In this document: one piece after another, positions 11,590-20,491 of the stretch
Position numbering within the stretch: position 1 is the stretch's first letter
How the letters are laid out: each line of letters begins with the position of its first letter
Source: Rubrivivax sp.
GTDB taxonomy: Bacteria; Pseudomonadota; Gammaproteobacteria; Burkholderiales; Burkholderiaceae_C
Direction: 5' to 3'
NCBI GenBank assembly: GCA_035438245.1
Contig: DAORHX010000001.1
Coordinates: 6,606 to 70,605 of the forward strand
Length of the DNA: 64,000 nt
Notes under the pieces: model-generated
What the model saw: the letters and a program-made list of their open reading frames with translations, nothing else
Databases searched by the model: none
Told to the model about the DNA's origin: nothing
Program-made: the position numbers and the translations under genes

Positions 11590-12777
11590 TCAAACGGGGT
11601 TCACGCCGGCAACACGTTCGCGGCGTGGCAGATGGCCGGCAAACAGCTGGCGGCCGATGATGTGCTTCATCACCTCGATCGAGCCACCGGCGATCTTGAC
11701 GATGCGCGCGTCGGCATAGGCACGGGCGATCGGGTACTCCCACATGTAGCCCCAACCGCCGAAGAGCTGCAGGCATTCGTCGACCACCTTGCAGTGCAGG
11801 TTCGACAGCCACATCTTGGCCATCGCGGCGTCCACCGCATCCAGTTCACCCTTGATGAAGGTGGCGATGCACTTGTCGGTGAACTGGCGGCCGATCACGG
11901 CTTCGGTCTTCAACTCCGCCAGCTTGAACTGCGTGTTCTGGAAGTCGCCGATGGTTTTTCCGAAGGCCTTGCGCCCGGCGGTGTATTCGACGGTCCAATC
12001 AACTACCGTCTCGGCGACCGTCGCCGAGCGGATGGCCTGTGCCAGGCGCTCCTGCGCCAGCTTGGTCATCATCAGTTCGAAGCCTTGGCCCTCCTCGCCC
12101 AGCATCGCCGACGCGGGCACGCGCACCTCGTCGAAGAACAACTCCGAGGTGTCCTGCGCCTTCATGCCCAGCTTGTGCAGGTTCTTGCCCCGTCGGAAGC
12201 CGGGCAGGCTGGTGTCGACGAGGAACAGCGTCACGCCCTTGGCGCCGGCGTTGCTGTCGGTCTTGGTGGCCAGCACGATCACATCGCACAGCTGACCGTT
12301 GGAGATGAACACCTTCTGGCCGCTGATGACGAAGTCGTCGCCGTCACGCACCGCCTTCGTGCGGATCGCCTTCAGGTCCGAGCCGGCATGCGGCTCGGTC
12401 ATGCCCAGCGAGCCGATGGCCTCGCCGCGCACCATCTTCGGCAGCCACTTCTTCTTCTGCGCTTCGGTGCCGAAGCTCAGGATGTAGGTGGCCACGAGGT
12501 CGCAGTGGATCATGAAGCCCGGGCCGCTGAAGCCGGAGCGCGCCATCTCCTCGAAGACGACGACGTCGAACAGGTAGTCCGCGCCGGCGCCGCCGTACTG
12601 CTCGGGCACGGTGCAGCAGAGAAGACCCGCGGCGCCGGCCTTGAGCCACAGCTCGCGCGGCACGATGCCGTCTACTTCCCACTTTGCGTGGTACGGGGCA
12701 ATCTCGTGCTCGATGAAACGCCGCACGGTGTCGCGGAAGGCTTCGTGGTCTTCGTTGAAGAGTTCGCGCTTGAACAT
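11590..12777 (-). CDS. Acyl-CoA dehydrogenase (LCAD-like)
   Basis: GMTEPHAGSDL, GQKVFISNG, QLFGGWGYMWEYPIARAYADAR. GAGG RBS before ATG 12777. Confidence 0.92.
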   Translation of the reverse strand: MFKRELFNEDHEAFRDTVRRFIEHEIAPYHAKWEVDGIVPRELWLKAGAAGLLCCTVPEQYGGAGADYLFDVVVFEEMARSGFSGPGFMIHCDLVATYILSFGTEAQKKKWLPKMVRGEAIGSLGMTEPHAGSDLKAIRTKAVRDGDDFVISGQKVFISNGQLCDVIVLATKTDSNAGAKGVTLFLVDTSLPGFRRGKNLHKLGMKAQDTSELFFDEVRVPASAMLGEEGQGFELMMTKLAQERLAQAIRSATVAETVVDWTVEYTAGRKAFGKTIGDFQNTQFKLAELKTEAVIGRQFTDKCIATFIKGELDAVDAAMAKMWLSNLHCKVVDECLQLFGGWGYMWEYPIARAYADARIVKIAGGSIEVMKHIIGRQLFAGHLPRRERVAGVNPV

Positions 12778-12788
12778 GATGGATGGCC

Positions 12789-13955
12789 TCAATACGACTT
12801 GGGAAGGTCCAGCACCTTTTCGGCGATGAAGGACAGGATCAGTTGTTCGGTGACCGGCGCGATGCGCGTGATCGTCACTTCGCGCATCAGCCTTTCGACG
12901 TGGTACTCCTTGGCGTAACCGAAACCGCCGTGCGTCAGCACCGCCTGCGTGCAGGCGTCGAAGCCGGCGCGCGCGCCCAGGAACTTGGCAGTGTTGGCCT
13001 CCGCGCCGCAGGGCTGGTGGTTGTCGTACAGCCAGGCGCCCTTCATCACCATCGTCCAGGCGGCTTCCAGCGCCATCCAGCGCTCGGCCAGCGGATGCTG
13101 AATGCCCTGGTTCTGGCCGATCGGACGGTCGAAAACGATGCGCTCGCGCGCGTAGCGCGTGGCACGGCGCAGCGCGTCCTGGCCGATGGCGATGGCCTCG
13201 CTAGCCACCAGCAGGCGCTCCGGGTTCAGGCTGTGCAGGATGTAGCTGAAGCCCTTGCCTTCCTCGCCGATGCGGTCGCTCTCGGGAATGAACAAGCCAT
13301 CGATAAAGATGGCGTTGCTGTCCACCGCCTTGCGGCCCATCTTCGGAATGCGCCGCACCTCGATCTTGCTGCGGTCCAGGTCGGTGTAGAAGATGGTGAT
13401 GCCGTCGGTCGGGCGCTTGCAGTCCTCGAGCTTGGTGGTGCGCGTCAGCAGCATGATCTTGCTCGCCACCTGCGCGGTGCTGGTCCAGACCTTCTGCCCG
13501 TGCACCAGATAGCCGCCCGGCACCTTCTGCGCGAAGGTCTTGATGGCGGTGGTGTTCAGCCCGGCATCGGGCTCGGTGAAGCCGAAGGCGCATTGGTCCT
13601 GGCCGGCCACCAGGCGCGGGATCCAGCGTGCCTTCTGCTCCGGCGTGCCGAACACGACGATGGGATGAGGCCCGAACAGGTTGATATGCACCGTGCTGGC
13701 CGACGCCATGCCGCCGCCGTGGCTGGCGACCTCGTGCATCATGATCGCGGCCTCGGTGACGCCCAGGCCCGCGCCGCCGTATTCGGTGGGCATGGTGATG
13801 CCCAGCCAGCCGGCATCGGCCATCGCGCGGTGGAACTCGCGCGGGAACTCGCCGTCCTCGTCGCGCGCCAGCCAGTAGTCGTCGTCGAAGCGCTTGACGA
13901 CTGCGGCGACGCCGTCGCGGATCGCGCGGTGGTCTTCGCTGAGCGAAAAGTCCAT
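12789..13955 (-). CDS. Acyl-CoA dehydrogenase
   Basis: FGFTEPDAG, GQKVWTS, THGGFGYAKEYHVER. Confidence 0.92.
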   Translation of the reverse strand: MDFSLSEDHRAIRDGVAAVVKRFDDDYWLARDEDGEFPREFHRAMADAGWLGITMPTEYGGAGLGVTEAAIMMHEVASHGGGMASASTVHINLFGPHPIVVFGTPEQKARWIPRLVAGQDQCAFGFTEPDAGLNTTAIKTFAQKVPGGYLVHGQKVWTSTAQVASKIMLLTRTTKLEDCKRPTDGITIFYTDLDRSKIEVRRIPKMGRKAVDSNAIFIDGLFIPESDRIGEEGKGFSYILHSLNPERLLVASEAIAIGQDALRRATRYARERIVFDRPIGQNQGIQHPLAERWMALEAAWTMVMKGAWLYDNHQPCGAEANTAKFLGARAGFDACTQAVLTHGGFGYAKEYHVERLMREVTITRIAPVTEQLILSFIAEKVLDLPKSY

Positions 13956-13969
13956 CGGTTCGTATCTCC

Positions 13970-14845
13970 TTATCGCGCCGCGTCCAGGGTACGCAGTGCT
14001 TGGGTGAGGTGGGGTTTGTCGACCATCACGCCGTCGATCGACAGCGTGCCGGCCTCGGGTTGGGCAGCGAAAGCTTCGACGACCCGGCGCGCATGCGCGA
14101 TCTCCGGCTCACTTGGGCTGTAGGCCGTGTTGATGGTCTCGACCTGGTCAGGGTGGATCGCGATGCGGCCACGAAAGCCACGCCGGCGGGAAGCGCGGCA
14201 GGCCTCGGCCAGTCCCGCAGCGTCGCGGAAGTCGGCATGCAGCGTGTCGATCGGCGGCACACCGGCGGCTCCGGCGGCGGTCAGGCACAGCGAGGCTGCC
14301 CACTGATACAGCGGCGAGAACGCACCGCCTTCATCGCGGTTGGAGACAGCCCCGATGGCCGCCGAAAGGTCTTCGGCGCCCCAGGTCACGCCCGCCAGGC
14401 GCGGAATCGGCGCACAGAAGCCCTGCATGTTCAGCAGCGCCTGCGGCGTCTCGGTGGCCACCGGCACGATCTTCACGCTGCCTGGCTCGAGCCCGGCGCG
14501 GGCCTCGAGCGCGTCCAAGCCGTGGCCCAGTTGCAGCAGGTCGGCGGCGCTGCGTGTCTTTGGCAACAGGATGCCGGCCAGGCCGGGCACCACCACGGCC
14601 GCCAGGTCAGGCATCGCCAGCGCCGTGTCCAGGGGATTGATGCGCACGAACAGGCGCGGGCCGATCACCGCGGCATGCGCGGCGATGAACTCCGCGGCCA
14701 TCGCGCGCGCCATCGGCTTGCGCGTCTCGGCAACGGCGTCCTCCAGGTCGAGGATCAGCACGTCGGCCGGACTGGCACGCGACTTGTCGAGCTTGCGCTC
14801 GCTGTCGGCCGGCACGAACAGCATCGAGCGCAGTTTGAAGCTCAT
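13970..14845 (-). CDS. CitE-like acyl-CoA lyase (HpcH/HpaI aldolase/citrate lyase family)
   Basis: LRSMLFVPAD, ILDLEDAV, VRIN, GAEDLSA, IHPDQV, MVDKPHL. Confidence 0.9.
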   Translation of the reverse strand: MSFKLRSMLFVPADSERKLDKSRASPADVLILDLEDAVAETRKPMARAMAAEFIAAHAAVIGPRLFVRINPLDTALAMPDLAAVVVPGLAGILLPKTRSAADLLQLGHGLDALEARAGLEPGSVKIVPVATETPQALLNMQGFCAPIPRLAGVTWGAEDLSAAIGAVSNRDEGGAFSPLYQWAASLCLTAAGAAGVPPIDTLHADFRDAAGLAEACRASRRRGFRGRIAIHPDQVETINTAYSPSEPEIAHARRVVEAFAAQPEAGTLSIDGVMVDKPHLTQALRTLDAAR

Positions 14846-15294
14846 GCGGGCTTCCTCAACATCAGCGCCTGGCGGGTGCAGGTGCAGACCTCTTCGCCGC
14901 GCTGGTTCAGGCCCTGGTGCAGGAAGGTCACGATGCCCGCGTTCGGGCGCGACTTGCTCTCGCGCAGATCCTTCACCGTGGTGCGCGAGCGGATCGTGTC
15001 GCCGTGGAACACCGGCTTCGGGAATCGGGTGTCGCTCATGCCGAGATTGGCGACCGTCGTGCCCAGCGTGGTGTCTTGCACCGACAGGCCGATCACCAGG
15101 CCGAGCGTGAAGATGCTGTTCACCAGCGGCTGGCCGAACTCGGTGTTCTTGCAGTACTCGAAATCGATGTGGATCTGTGCCGGGTTGTAGGTGGCGTTGC
15201 TGAACCACATGTTGTCGGCCTCGGTCACGGTGCGGCGGATCTCATGCTCGAAAACCTGCCCGACCTCGAATTCCTCGAACCATCGGCCTGCCAT
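14842..15294 (-). CDS. MaoC-family (R)-specific enoyl-CoA hydratase
   Basis: GRWFEEFEVGQVFEH, RTVTEADN, NPAQIHID, FPKPVFHGDT; 4-bp overlap with the citE-like gene. Confidence 0.9.
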   Translation of the reverse strand: MAGRWFEEFEVGQVFEHEIRRTVTEADNMWFSNATYNPAQIHIDFEYCKNTEFGQPLVNSIFTLGLVIGLSVQDTTLGTTVANLGMSDTRFPKPVFHGDTIRSRTTVKDLRESKSRPNAGIVTFLHQGLNQRGEEVCTCTRQALMLRKPA

Positions 15295-15342
15295 TGGTAG
15301 TTCCCCTCGTCGCGTTAGTGGCGTAGCGTATGGATGTGGACG

Positions 15343-15356
15343 GTACGCATGTGTAC
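15343..15356. promoter_or_regulatory. Palindromic operator copy 1 (GTACGCATGTGTAC)
   Basis: Divergent intergenic region; identical to the copy at 40552; overlaps a TACTAT -10-like hexamer. Confidence 0.75.
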
Positions 15357-15411
15357 TATATCAAAGTGCCCGCAATTGCAACTCGGGTCGAACCTTGATA
15401 TGGAGTGTTCC

Positions 15412-16422
15412 GTGAGTGACGCAAAGACCCACCGCCAAGTGATCCTGGCAAGCCGACCCGAGGGCATCCCGCAGGCCGAGCACTTCCGTATCGTCGAGGC
15501 GCCGCTGCCGCTGCCCGGCCCGGGGCAGGTGCGGGTGCGCAACCGCTGGCTGTCGGTGGAGCCGGCGATGCGCGGCTGGGTCAATGCCGCGGCCAACTAT
15601 GCCGAGCCGGTTCCGGTCGGTGGCGTGATGCGCTCTTTCGCGGTGGGGCATATCGATTGCTCCAATCACCCGGACTGGGCGGTGGGCACGCCGGTCACCG
15701 GCCTCTTCGGCTGGCAGGAGGCCGCGGTGCTCGACCCAACCCAGATCCAGCGCCGCGTTAACGACGGCGATCTGCCGCTGTCCACCGCGCTGGGCGTGAT
15801 GGGCATCAACGGCGTCACCGCCCACTACGGGCTGCTGCAGATCGGCCGGCCGCAGCCGGGCGACACAGTGGTGGTGTCGACCGCGGCCGGCGCGGTGGGC
15901 TCGGTGGTGGGGCAGATCGCGAAGATCATCGGGTGCCGCAGCATCGGCATCGCCGGCGGCGAGGCCAAGCGCCGCCTGTGCGTCGAGCGCTTCGGCTACG
16001 ACGCTGCGCTGGACTACAAGGCACCTGGCTTCGAGCAGGCGCTGGCTCGGGCCTGCGAGGGCGGCGTGAATGTCTACTTCGACAACACCGCCGGCGCGAT
16101 CAGCGACGCCGCGATGACCCATCTGGCGCCGGGCGCGCGTGTGGTGATCTGCGGCACGGCGTCAGTGGCCAGCTGGCAGCCGGCCCCGCTCGGGCCGAGG
16201 GTGGAGCGGCACCTGTTGGTCAAGCGCGCCAGCATGCAGGGTTTCGTGATCTTCGATCATCCGCAGCACGGTGACGTGGCTCGCGCAGACCTCGGGCGCT
16301 GGATCCGCGAGGACCGGTTGCACTATGTCGAGGAAACACTCGACGGCATCGACCAGGCGCCCGATGCGATCGCCGGGCTGTACCGCGGCGAAAACCTGGG
16401 CAAGCGGCTGATACGCCTTTAG
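15412..16422 (+). CDS. NADP-dependent MDR oxidoreductase (PTGR/CurA/YncB family ene-reductase)
   Basis: RQVILASRPEGIP, LSVEPAMRG, AAGAVGSVVGQIAK, GENLGKRLI. GGAG RBS before GTG 15412. Confidence 0.9.
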   Translation: MSDAKTHRQVILASRPEGIPQAEHFRIVEAPLPLPGPGQVRVRNRWLSVEPAMRGWVNAAANYAEPVPVGGVMRSFAVGHIDCSNHPDWAVGTPVTGLFGWQEAAVLDPTQIQRRVNDGDLPLSTALGVMGINGVTAHYGLLQIGRPQPGDTVVVSTAAGAVGSVVGQIAKIIGCRSIGIAGGEAKRRLCVERFGYDAALDYKAPGFEQALARACEGGVNVYFDNTAGAISDAAMTHLAPGARVVICGTASVASWQPAPLGPRVERHLLVKRASMQGFVIFDHPQHGDVARADLGRWIREDRLHYVEETLDGIDQAPDAIAGLYRGENLGKRLIRL

Positions 16423-16505
16423 CGCTCAAAGCAAATGTGGCTTTGCCACTTTGCTTGACCCCCCACGGGGGGGCGGGCTGGGCGTAGCCTGGCCCTGGGG
16501 GCGCT
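16421..16505. repeat. Multi-hairpin REP-like element or bidirectional terminator between convergent genes
   Basis: AGCAAA-T-GTGGC-TTT-GCCAC-TTTGCT stem (16430-16455), C6-AC-G7 stem, GGGCTGGGC-GTA-GCCTGGCCC stem, all closed by AGCGC...GCGCT. Confidence 0.55.
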
Positions 16506-16507
16506 TT

Positions 16508-16975
16508 TCAGCGTTCGGGCAGTCCCGGCAGCTGCAGCCGGTGGTCGCTGTCGGTGTCGGGCAGCAGCGGGCCGCGGCGGAAGACACCGCTGGCGCGGGC
16601 CACGGTCTTGCCGTCGTAGCGAATCACACCCTGCGAGAAGACCAGGTTCTTCGTCACCTCCAGGATGTCGGCTTCGCCCTGCACCCAATGGCCGAGCGGC
16701 GCGCCGTTCATGAAGTCCAGCTGCAGGCTGATGGTCGGCAGGAACTGCCGCGGGATGTCGGTCTGGTATTGCGCTGCGCTGGACAGCACGATGTCGGCCA
16801 GCAGGCTCAGCATGCCGCCGTGGCAGTTGTTCCCAGGGTTGACCTGGTGCGGCTGCACGACGAAGCCGACCTGCAGATGTGGGTCGTGCCAGCGTGCATA
16901 TAGCTCGGCGCTGTGCGTGGCGAAGGTGCTGCCCAGTTTGACGGGCAGGAAGCCGAGTGGAATCGGATCGGGCAT
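16508..16975 (-). CDS. PaaI-family thioesterase
   Basis: NPGNNCHGGMLSLLAD hot-dog motif. Confidence 0.85.
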   Translation of the reverse strand: MPDPIPLGFLPVKLGSTFATHSAELYARWHDPHLQVGFVVQPHQVNPGNNCHGGMLSLLADIVLSSAAQYQTDIPRQFLPTISLQLDFMNGAPLGHWVQGEADILEVTKNLVFSQGVIRYDGKTVARASGVFRRGPLLPDTDSDHRLQLPGLPER

Positions 16976-16981
16976 GGTGCT

Positions 16982-18223
16982 TCAGAGTCGTGCGGCGATG
17001 GCTTCCCAGGCATCGGCCAGAGCCTCGCGGTGGAAACGGTCGGCGATGGCGATCAGTGCCATCGCGCGCGCGGCCAGTGATAGGCCGCGCAGTTCGGCGA
17101 TGCCGTTTTCGGTAACCACGGCGTCGGCAAGCTGCCGCGGCAGCGTCACCAGGCTCTGCGTCCCGAGTGCCGGCACGATGCGCGAAACCGAGCCGCCCTT
17201 GGCGGTAGCTGGTAGCGCGATCACCAGGCGGCCACCGGGTGAGGCCAGTGCCCCTTGCGCGAAGGCAGGCAGACCGCCGGCGCCAGCCTGGATCACACCA
17301 TTGGTGCGCTCGGCATTGACCTGTCCGAACAGATCGACCTCAACCGCGCCATTCACCGCGATGAAGCGCGGCAACGTGGCAATCAGCGCCGGGTTGTGCG
17401 TGAAGCCCACGTCCTGCAGCTTCAGCTTCGGCAGTACCGCGGCCAGCTCGCGCAGCGCGGGGCCGCCGAGGATCACGCCGGTGTGGATGTCGGCGTCGGG
17501 GTCCATCGCACCGGACTCCCACAGCGCGCTGAAGGCGCCCGGCAGCATGCCGCCGTGGAAACGCAGGTGCCGGTGGCCACACAGCGCATGGGCCATGGCC
17601 ATCGGCACGCCACCGATGCCGAACTGCAGCGTGTCTCCGTCGCGCACCAGCGTCGCGACATGGACGCCGATGCGCGCCTCGAGTTCGCCCGTCGACGCTT
17701 CGGCAAAGTCGTTCAAGGGGGTGTCGGCCTCCACCGCAACGTCGATCTCCGAACGATGCACGCGGAACGTCGACGGTAGGCGCGGCAAGCGCGGGTTGAA
17801 GTGCACGACACGCCGCCGCGCGCGTTTCCACGCCAGTGGCGCGAAGTCCGCGGCCAGCCCCGGCGCGCACCAGCCCTGCGCGTCCGGCGGGCTCAGCTGC
17901 GCAATCACCACATCATAGGGTTCGTCCTCGCGCAGGTGGCGCGCGATGCCCAGGTAGTCCTGGCTCGGCAGCTCGGCGCGTCCCTCGGCCAAGCCGCGGC
18001 GCAGCGCCGCCGACATGAACCAGCCGCGCTGCCGCGCCTGCGGGTGCACCGCCAGATAGTCCGTCTTGTCGATGCCCGGGAACTGCACGCCGGCGAAGGT
18101 CACGCCGCTGGCGCGCTCCGGATCGGCACGCAATTCCTCGGCCAGCAGCGCGGATTCGTTGGACAGTGTCGGCACCCAGATCTTCAGGCCCGGGGCTAGG
18201 ACATCTCTGAGTCGCGCCTTCAT
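16982..18223 (-). CDS. Acetyl-CoA hydrolase/4-hydroxybutyrate CoA-transferase family protein
   Basis: GDTLQFGIGGVP, AVNGAVEVDLFGQVNAE, SRIVP, DAVVTENGIAELRG. Confidence 0.85.
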   Translation of the reverse strand: MKARLRDVLAPGLKIWVPTLSNESALLAEELRADPERASGVTFAGVQFPGIDKTDYLAVHPQARQRGWFMSAALRRGLAEGRAELPSQDYLGIARHLREDEPYDVVIAQLSPPDAQGWCAPGLAADFAPLAWKRARRRVVHFNPRLPRLPSTFRVHRSEIDVAVEADTPLNDFAEASTGELEARIGVHVATLVRDGDTLQFGIGGVPMAMAHALCGHRHLRFHGGMLPGAFSALWESGAMDPDADIHTGVILGGPALRELAAVLPKLKLQDVGFTHNPALIATLPRFIAVNGAVEVDLFGQVNAERTNGVIQAGAGGLPAFAQGALASPGGRLVIALPATAKGGSVSRIVPALGTQSLVTLPRQLADAVVTENGIAELRGLSLAARAMALIAIADRFHREALADAWEAIAARL

Positions 18224-18600
18224 CTTTGTCGGTTCAGCTGCGCTTCGCCACTCAATACTTCGGTGTGCTCCGTGGTGGCACGCAGCGTGTAGTGCGCCTC
18301 GGAGTTGGTCGCGCTGCGCAGCGCGGCCGTCAACTCGATGGCATCGCCTGCCAGTGCCACACCGACGAAGCGCGTGTGCAGGCGCAGCAGCGCATGCGGC
18401 CCAAACTCGCGTGTGAACAGCCGGCCGGCCAACGCCATGCTGAGCATGCCGTGCACCACCGGCTTGTCGAAGCCCGCGCGGCGCGCCACATCCGGGTCCA
18501 AGTGCAGCGGATTGTGGTCACCCGAGGCGGCGGCGAAGAGCGCCAGCTGCAGCGGAGTGACCGGCGCGATCTGCATCCTCAGTTCAGCGGGCCAGCTCAT
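18220..18600 (-). CDS. MaoC-family dehydratase (catalytic subunit)
   Basis: FAAASGDHNPLHLD...VVHGML. Confidence 0.88.
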   Translation of the reverse strand: MSWPAELRMQIAPVTPLQLALFAAASGDHNPLHLDPDVARRAGFDKPVVHGMLSMALAGRLFTREFGPHALLRLHTRFVGVALAGDAIELTAALRSATNSEAHYTLRATTEHTEVLSGEAQLNRQR

Positions 18601-19046
18601 GATCCGATGCGGTTGCGCACGAGGATGGTCTGGGTGCTGCGTGCCACGGCACGGCCAGTGACGCGGTAGTCGGTGTCCACGACGATGAAGCTCAGCGCGC
18701 CGTCTTTCTTGTCGAAGATGCGGTCGATGCGGCGTTGCAGTTCCACGGTGTCGCCCACGTGCACGGGTGCGAGATAGTCGAACTGCTGCTCGGCATGCAG
18801 CACACCGAACAGTGGCACCTGCAGCAGCTGCAGCAGCGCGGCGCTGCTGAAGTGTTCGCCTTCGATCGCCTTCAGGTAGGTCGGCGGCAGCGGGCAGGCC
18901 GCCAGTCCTGCCGACGAGGCCGCGGCAGGATCCCAGTACACCGGGTCGTTCTCGCCCACGGCCTGACAGAAGAGCTTGACACGCCAGGCGTCGATGGGCA
19001 CACGCGTCGGCGGCGTCTCGAAGCCGACCTTGGTGCGGTCGATCAT
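18597..19046 (-). CDS. MaoC N-terminal/FAS1-like dehydratase partner subunit
   Basis: VKLFCQAVGENDPVYWD, PPTY, VLHAEQQFDYLAPVHVGD. Start MIDRTKVG at 19046. Confidence 0.82.
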   Translation of the reverse strand: MIDRTKVGFETPPTRVPIDAWRVKLFCQAVGENDPVYWDPAAASSAGLAACPLPPTYLKAIEGEHFSSAALLQLLQVPLFGVLHAEQQFDYLAPVHVGDTVELQRRIDRIFDKKDGALSFIVVDTDYRVTGRAVARSTQTILVRNRIGS

Positions 19047-20491
19047 CGATTGGCTTGCCAGCTCAGCGGGCCGCCGCTCCAAGCCGGCGCGGCGCCGGCC
19101 AGGCAGGCGGCCACGTCGATGAAGGCCGGATCGCTGTTCTGTGCCCAGGCTGCTGCCAGCTGCGCCTGTTCTTCCAGCGGCCGTCCGCGCAAGGCCGCGA
19201 GGCGGCTGGCCGGGCCGGGCGTGCGCCAGGGCAACGACCACAGGCGCATCGCCAGAGCCGCCATCGCAGCTGCCTGTGCTTCGTTTGCACCGGCGATCTC
19301 CACCACCCGACCGTAGGGCCCCTGCGGCGACAGCACAAGCTGGGCGCCGGCCACGGCATCGGACGCATCGGCGGTAGTGCGCAGCGCGGCGCGATGCACC
19401 GCTCCGGCTCGGTCGATGACTTCGATCGTGTCGATCGGCAGGGCTGCATCGGCCTGTAGCGGCAGATTCAGCCGGCTCAACGCAGCCTGCCAAGCCACGC
19501 GGCCTTCGCTGATCGGTCCGAGGCGCAGGCTTTCCACCGCCACGCCGGCGGGCGGGGCAAGTTCCTTCTCGGCGCGCAACCGCTCCAGGAACAGTGTGCG
19601 TACCATGCGGCCAGCCACCGGGTTGAACATCAGGCGCAGGAAGTTGTTCATCTCCACGGTCGTCGCTTCGGCCAGCGACAGTCGGGCGCCATACAGGACG
19701 CTGTCGACGATCGCCGCATATGCCGGGTAGAGTTCGTAATCCGCGCTCGAGACGCCATGCTTCTCCGCGGCAGCGGCCGACACGTCGTCGCCGGGAGCCG
19801 GCACATCTGCCTGCCCCAGGTGCTTGAACTTCAGCGTCGGGTCGTAGGCGGTGTCATGCAGCGCACGTGCCACGGCCTTGGCTTCGGCCAGCAGTTTGGC
19901 GGCCGGCGCAGCAGCGGACACGATGCCCAGCTTCAGCGCGGTGCCAGGGTCGACCGGCTGGCCGCTGAGCAGCATCTTCATCGCAGGTTCGAAGCCGGCC
20001 AGGCGTGGCAGCCTTTGCGTGCCGCCGGCGCCGGGTAGCAGGCCCCAGCGCACCTCGGGCACGCCCAGTTGCAGCCGCGGGTCGTCGGCCACCAATCGCA
20101 TGCGGCAGGCGAGGGCGAGCTCCAGCCCACCGCCCAGCGCCAGGCCGTTCACTGCGGCGACATAGGGCTTGGCCGACGCTTCCAGGCGCACGAACTGCCG
20201 TCCGAGCCGGCCGCACATCTCGAACATCTGCGCGTGGGTGCGCGTGCGCGCGGCGTCGCAGTAGCCGCGCACCATCTCCAGGTCAGCTCCGGCTAAGAAG
20301 CTGCTCTTGCCGGAGGTGATCACGCAACTGCGAACTCCAGGATCGGCATCGACGCGGTCCATCAGTGCGTCCAGCGCGTCCATCAGCTCGACCGAGAACA
20401 CGTTCATCGTGCGCTCGCCCATGTCGATGGTCGCGACCAGCACGCCGTCGGCGTCCAGCGCGGTGGTGATGGGGCTTGCCACGGCGCTCAA
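19043..20491 (-). CDS. FadJ/FadB-type enoyl-CoA hydratase domain with degenerate C-terminal region
   Basis: SFLAGADL, ALGGGLELALAC, GVPEVRWGLLPGAGGTQRLPRL, YPAYAAI; no GxGxMG NAD-binding motif follows. Confidence 0.85.
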   Translation of the reverse strand: MSAVASPITTALDADGVLVATIDMGERTMNVFSVELMDALDALMDRVDADPGVRSCVITSGKSSFLAGADLEMVRGYCDAARTRTHAQMFEMCGRLGRQFVRLEASAKPYVAAVNGLALGGGLELALACRMRLVADDPRLQLGVPEVRWGLLPGAGGTQRLPRLAGFEPAMKMLLSGQPVDPGTALKLGIVSAAAPAAKLLAEAKAVARALHDTAYDPTLKFKHLGQADVPAPGDDVSAAAAEKHGVSSADYELYPAYAAIVDSVLYGARLSLAEATTVEMNNFLRLMFNPVAGRMVRTLFLERLRAEKELAPPAGVAVESLRLGPISEGRVAWQAALSRLNLPLQADAALPIDTIEVIDRAGAVHRAALRTTADASDAVAGAQLVLSPQGPYGRVVEIAGANEAQAAAMAALAMRLWSLPWRTPGPASRLAALRGRPLEEQAQLAAAWAQNSDPAFIDVAACLAGAAPAWSGGPLSWQANR

